Shown: positions 61,999-64,000 of the stretch, piece by piece | How the letters are laid out: each line of letters opens with the position of its first letter | Numbering within the stretch: the stretch's first letter is position 1 | From: Podarcis filfolensis | Lineage: Eukaryota | Assembly (NCBI GenBank): GCA_964270895.1 | Contig: OZ185441.1 | Length of the DNA stretch: 64,000 nucleotides | Direction: 5' to 3' (one strand) | Notes under the pieces: model-generated | What the model saw: the letters and a program-made list of their open reading frames with translations, nothing else | The model's database searches: none | Told to the model about the DNA's origin: nothing | Made by a program: the position numbers and the translations under genes

Positions 61999-62496
61999 GG
62001 TGGTGCTGTGGTTTAAACCACAGAGCCTAGGACTTGCCGATCAGAAGGTCAGCGGTTCAAATCCCCGCAACGGGGTGAGCTCCCGTTGCTCGGTCCCCAG
62101 TGGCGTAGCGTGGGGGGTGCAGGGGGGGCCGGGCGCACCGGGCGCAACATCTGGGGGTTAGGGTTAGGGGGCGCAAATCCACGGGTTAGGGGGCGCAAAT
62201 TACTTGCCTTGCCCCGGGTGCTGACAACCCACGCTACGCCACTGTCGGTCCCTGCTCCTGACAACCTAGCAGTTCAAAAGCACGTCAAAGTGCAAGTAGA
62301 TAAATAGGTACCGCTTCAGCAGGAAGGTAAACGGCGTTTCCGTGCGCTGCTCTGGTTCGCCAGAAGCGGCTTAGTCATGTTGGCCACATGACCCGGAAGC
62401 TGTACACTGGCTCCCTCGGCCAGTAAAGCGAGATGAGCGCCGCAACCCCAGAGTCGGCCATGTTTGGTCCTAATGGTCAGGGGTCCCTTTACCTTT
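61999..62496 (+). mobile_element. Full-length Sauria SINE interrupted by a MITE
   Basis: Box B GGTTCAAATCC at 62054-64, ACCTTT tail, exact 10-bp TSD TACTTATCCA (61989-98, 62497-506). Confidence 0.95.
62098..62244. mobile_element. hAT MITE, 147 bp, containing TTAGGG hexamers
   Basis: Perfect 17-bp TIRs CAGTGGCGTAGCGTGGG; exact 8-bp TSD TCGGTCCC (62090-97, 62245-52). Confidence 0.95.
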
Positions 62497-63659
62497 TACT
62501 TATCCACTACTGTATAATCCTTATGGTGGACACCATTTCATCAGTTTTGTTTTTTTAATCAATCTTTTTGATATTGCTAGAATAATGGATCTAAAATGCT
62601 TTTCTAGTGCCTTTTTTTTTTTTAGTGAAAAAGAAGTCTAGAGTGATGATACCTCAGTATTCATTCCTGCGTCCAACCCTCCAAACATCTTTTTCACTGT
62701 TACATCTTTTTCTTGAAAATATTTCAGTAACCCCCTCCACCGAAATAACCAAGTTCTTCTAGCAGTACTTGCTAATACAAAGAGACACTGAAGTAATTCT
62801 GAGAAAATCTGTCCCCATGCTACATGACCAGGTTGGTTGTCCTGAGACTCAACATCACTAACCTGCTCATAGAAGCACATTGAAGTTGAAAGTGCCATTC
62901 CAATGTATTGCACTGAGGGGTATGTTTTGTATGAATTGACCTAATGTGGTAGTAACCATAGGAATCAAGGGAATGAGCTAATGTGGCTATGTTTCTGCCT
63001 TCCAAATGCATAAGCACTGACCCAAAAAAACCTGAGCTACGATATGAGGCACTGGAACAAAACTGCCAGGTTTGATCAGGAAGAGCTTTGTACATGTGGA
63101 AATCCCTGAACAGGGAATGTAATTTATCCATTCAGAGTTCTACCTGCACATGTTTACACAAACGTGTGTGTGTGTGTGTGGAGGGAGAGATAGTTACTAT
63201 AGACAGAGTATGACCTCAGTACAAAACTGAAAAATATGTTTTCTACGTAGAACGGGCTAAATAATAAATAGGCATGAATCTGACATCAGAAACTGCAACA
63301 TCCAAAAACTGGCGTGGGAACATTTCAGCACCCCATGACATCCTGTAGCTGACCTTAAGATGACCATTTATGAACAAAGAAATCTCAGAGACAGGCTGCA
63401 ATATGAAACTGCTAAATTATAATTCATAAAGAGGTTCAACGTTATCATGTATACCAGGCATGCCCTGCACCCCCAAAAATGGGGTAAATCACTGCCAGTT
63501 TTTAACTCTGTAAGTAGATCACAGTCTCTTGGGAGTTGGCAACCCCTGATGTATACTGAATCAGGATAAATTTCAGTTGTGCTACATGAGTTCATTGCCT
63601 TCCAATGCCAGGTTATCTGCATTACTAATATTTAGTATGAATGGCCACTGTTAATAACA

Positions 63660-64000
63660 TAAAGGTAAAGGGACCCCTGACCATTAGGTCCAGTTGTGAC
63701 CGACTCTGGGGTTGTGGCGCTCATCTCGCTCTATAGGCCGAGGGAGCAGGCGTACAGCTTCTGGGTCATGTGGCCAGCATGACGAAGCTGCTTCTGGTGA
63801 ACCAGAGCAGTGCATGGAAACGCCGTTTACCTTCCCGTCGGAGCGGTACCTATTTATCTACCTGCACTTTTACGTGCTTTCGAACTGCTAGGTTGGCAGG
63901 AGCAGGGACCGAGCAACAGGAGCTCACCCCGTCACAGGGATTCGAACGGCCTGTCTTCTGACCGGCAAGTCCTAGGCTCTGTGGTTTAACCCACAGCGCC
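63660..64000 (-). mobile_element. Sauria SINE, near full length (head reaches the window edge)
   Basis: Same sequence family as the 6.2 kb and 62 kb copies, with ACCTTT tail and box B-like element. Confidence 0.95.

Noticed and set aside
62001-62070. tRNA gene
   Set aside because: tRNA-derived head of a Sauria SINE continuing into SINE body; no complete cloverleaf. The same applies to the other SINE heads.
41300-64000. Exons of a neighbouring gene (YES1 lies head-to-head with ADCYAP1 in human)
   Set aside because: No kinase, SH2 or SH3 coding sequence seen; the neighbour presumably lies beyond the window.

Overview
This is vertebrate genomic DNA from a squamate reptile, very probably a lacertid lizard, judged by its Sauria SINEs, Squam-type SINEs and BovB LINE fragments. 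It holds one protein-coding gene, ADCYAP1 (prepro-PACAP/PRP), on the minus strand. Four coding exons (38281-38181, 33537-33403, 32737-32642, 30858-30675) splice in frame by GT-AG rules into a 171-aa precursor containing a signal peptide, a 45-aa PACAP-related peptide (PRP) and PACAP38/27. The gene sits in a transposon-poor, CpG-retaining domain of about 15 kb. The flanks are non-coding and rich in repeats (SINEs, L1/L2/BovB fragments, LTRs, Tc1/mariner and hAT MITEs, Penelope-like stubs, microsatellites), with one 144-nt assembly gap. I see no CRISPR array, tRNA/rRNA gene or new protein-coding system. The best leads are regulatory or RNA-level: an upstream ORF created by splicing that overlaps the PACAP start codon, a long-spacer REST/NRSF site about 1.7 kb upstream of the ATG, three in-frame splice options, two minimal hammerhead-ribozyme motifs in Penelope-like stubs, and a young hAT MITE with TTAGGG repeats nested in a SINE. 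Repeat family names come from recognition by eye, not from a database search.
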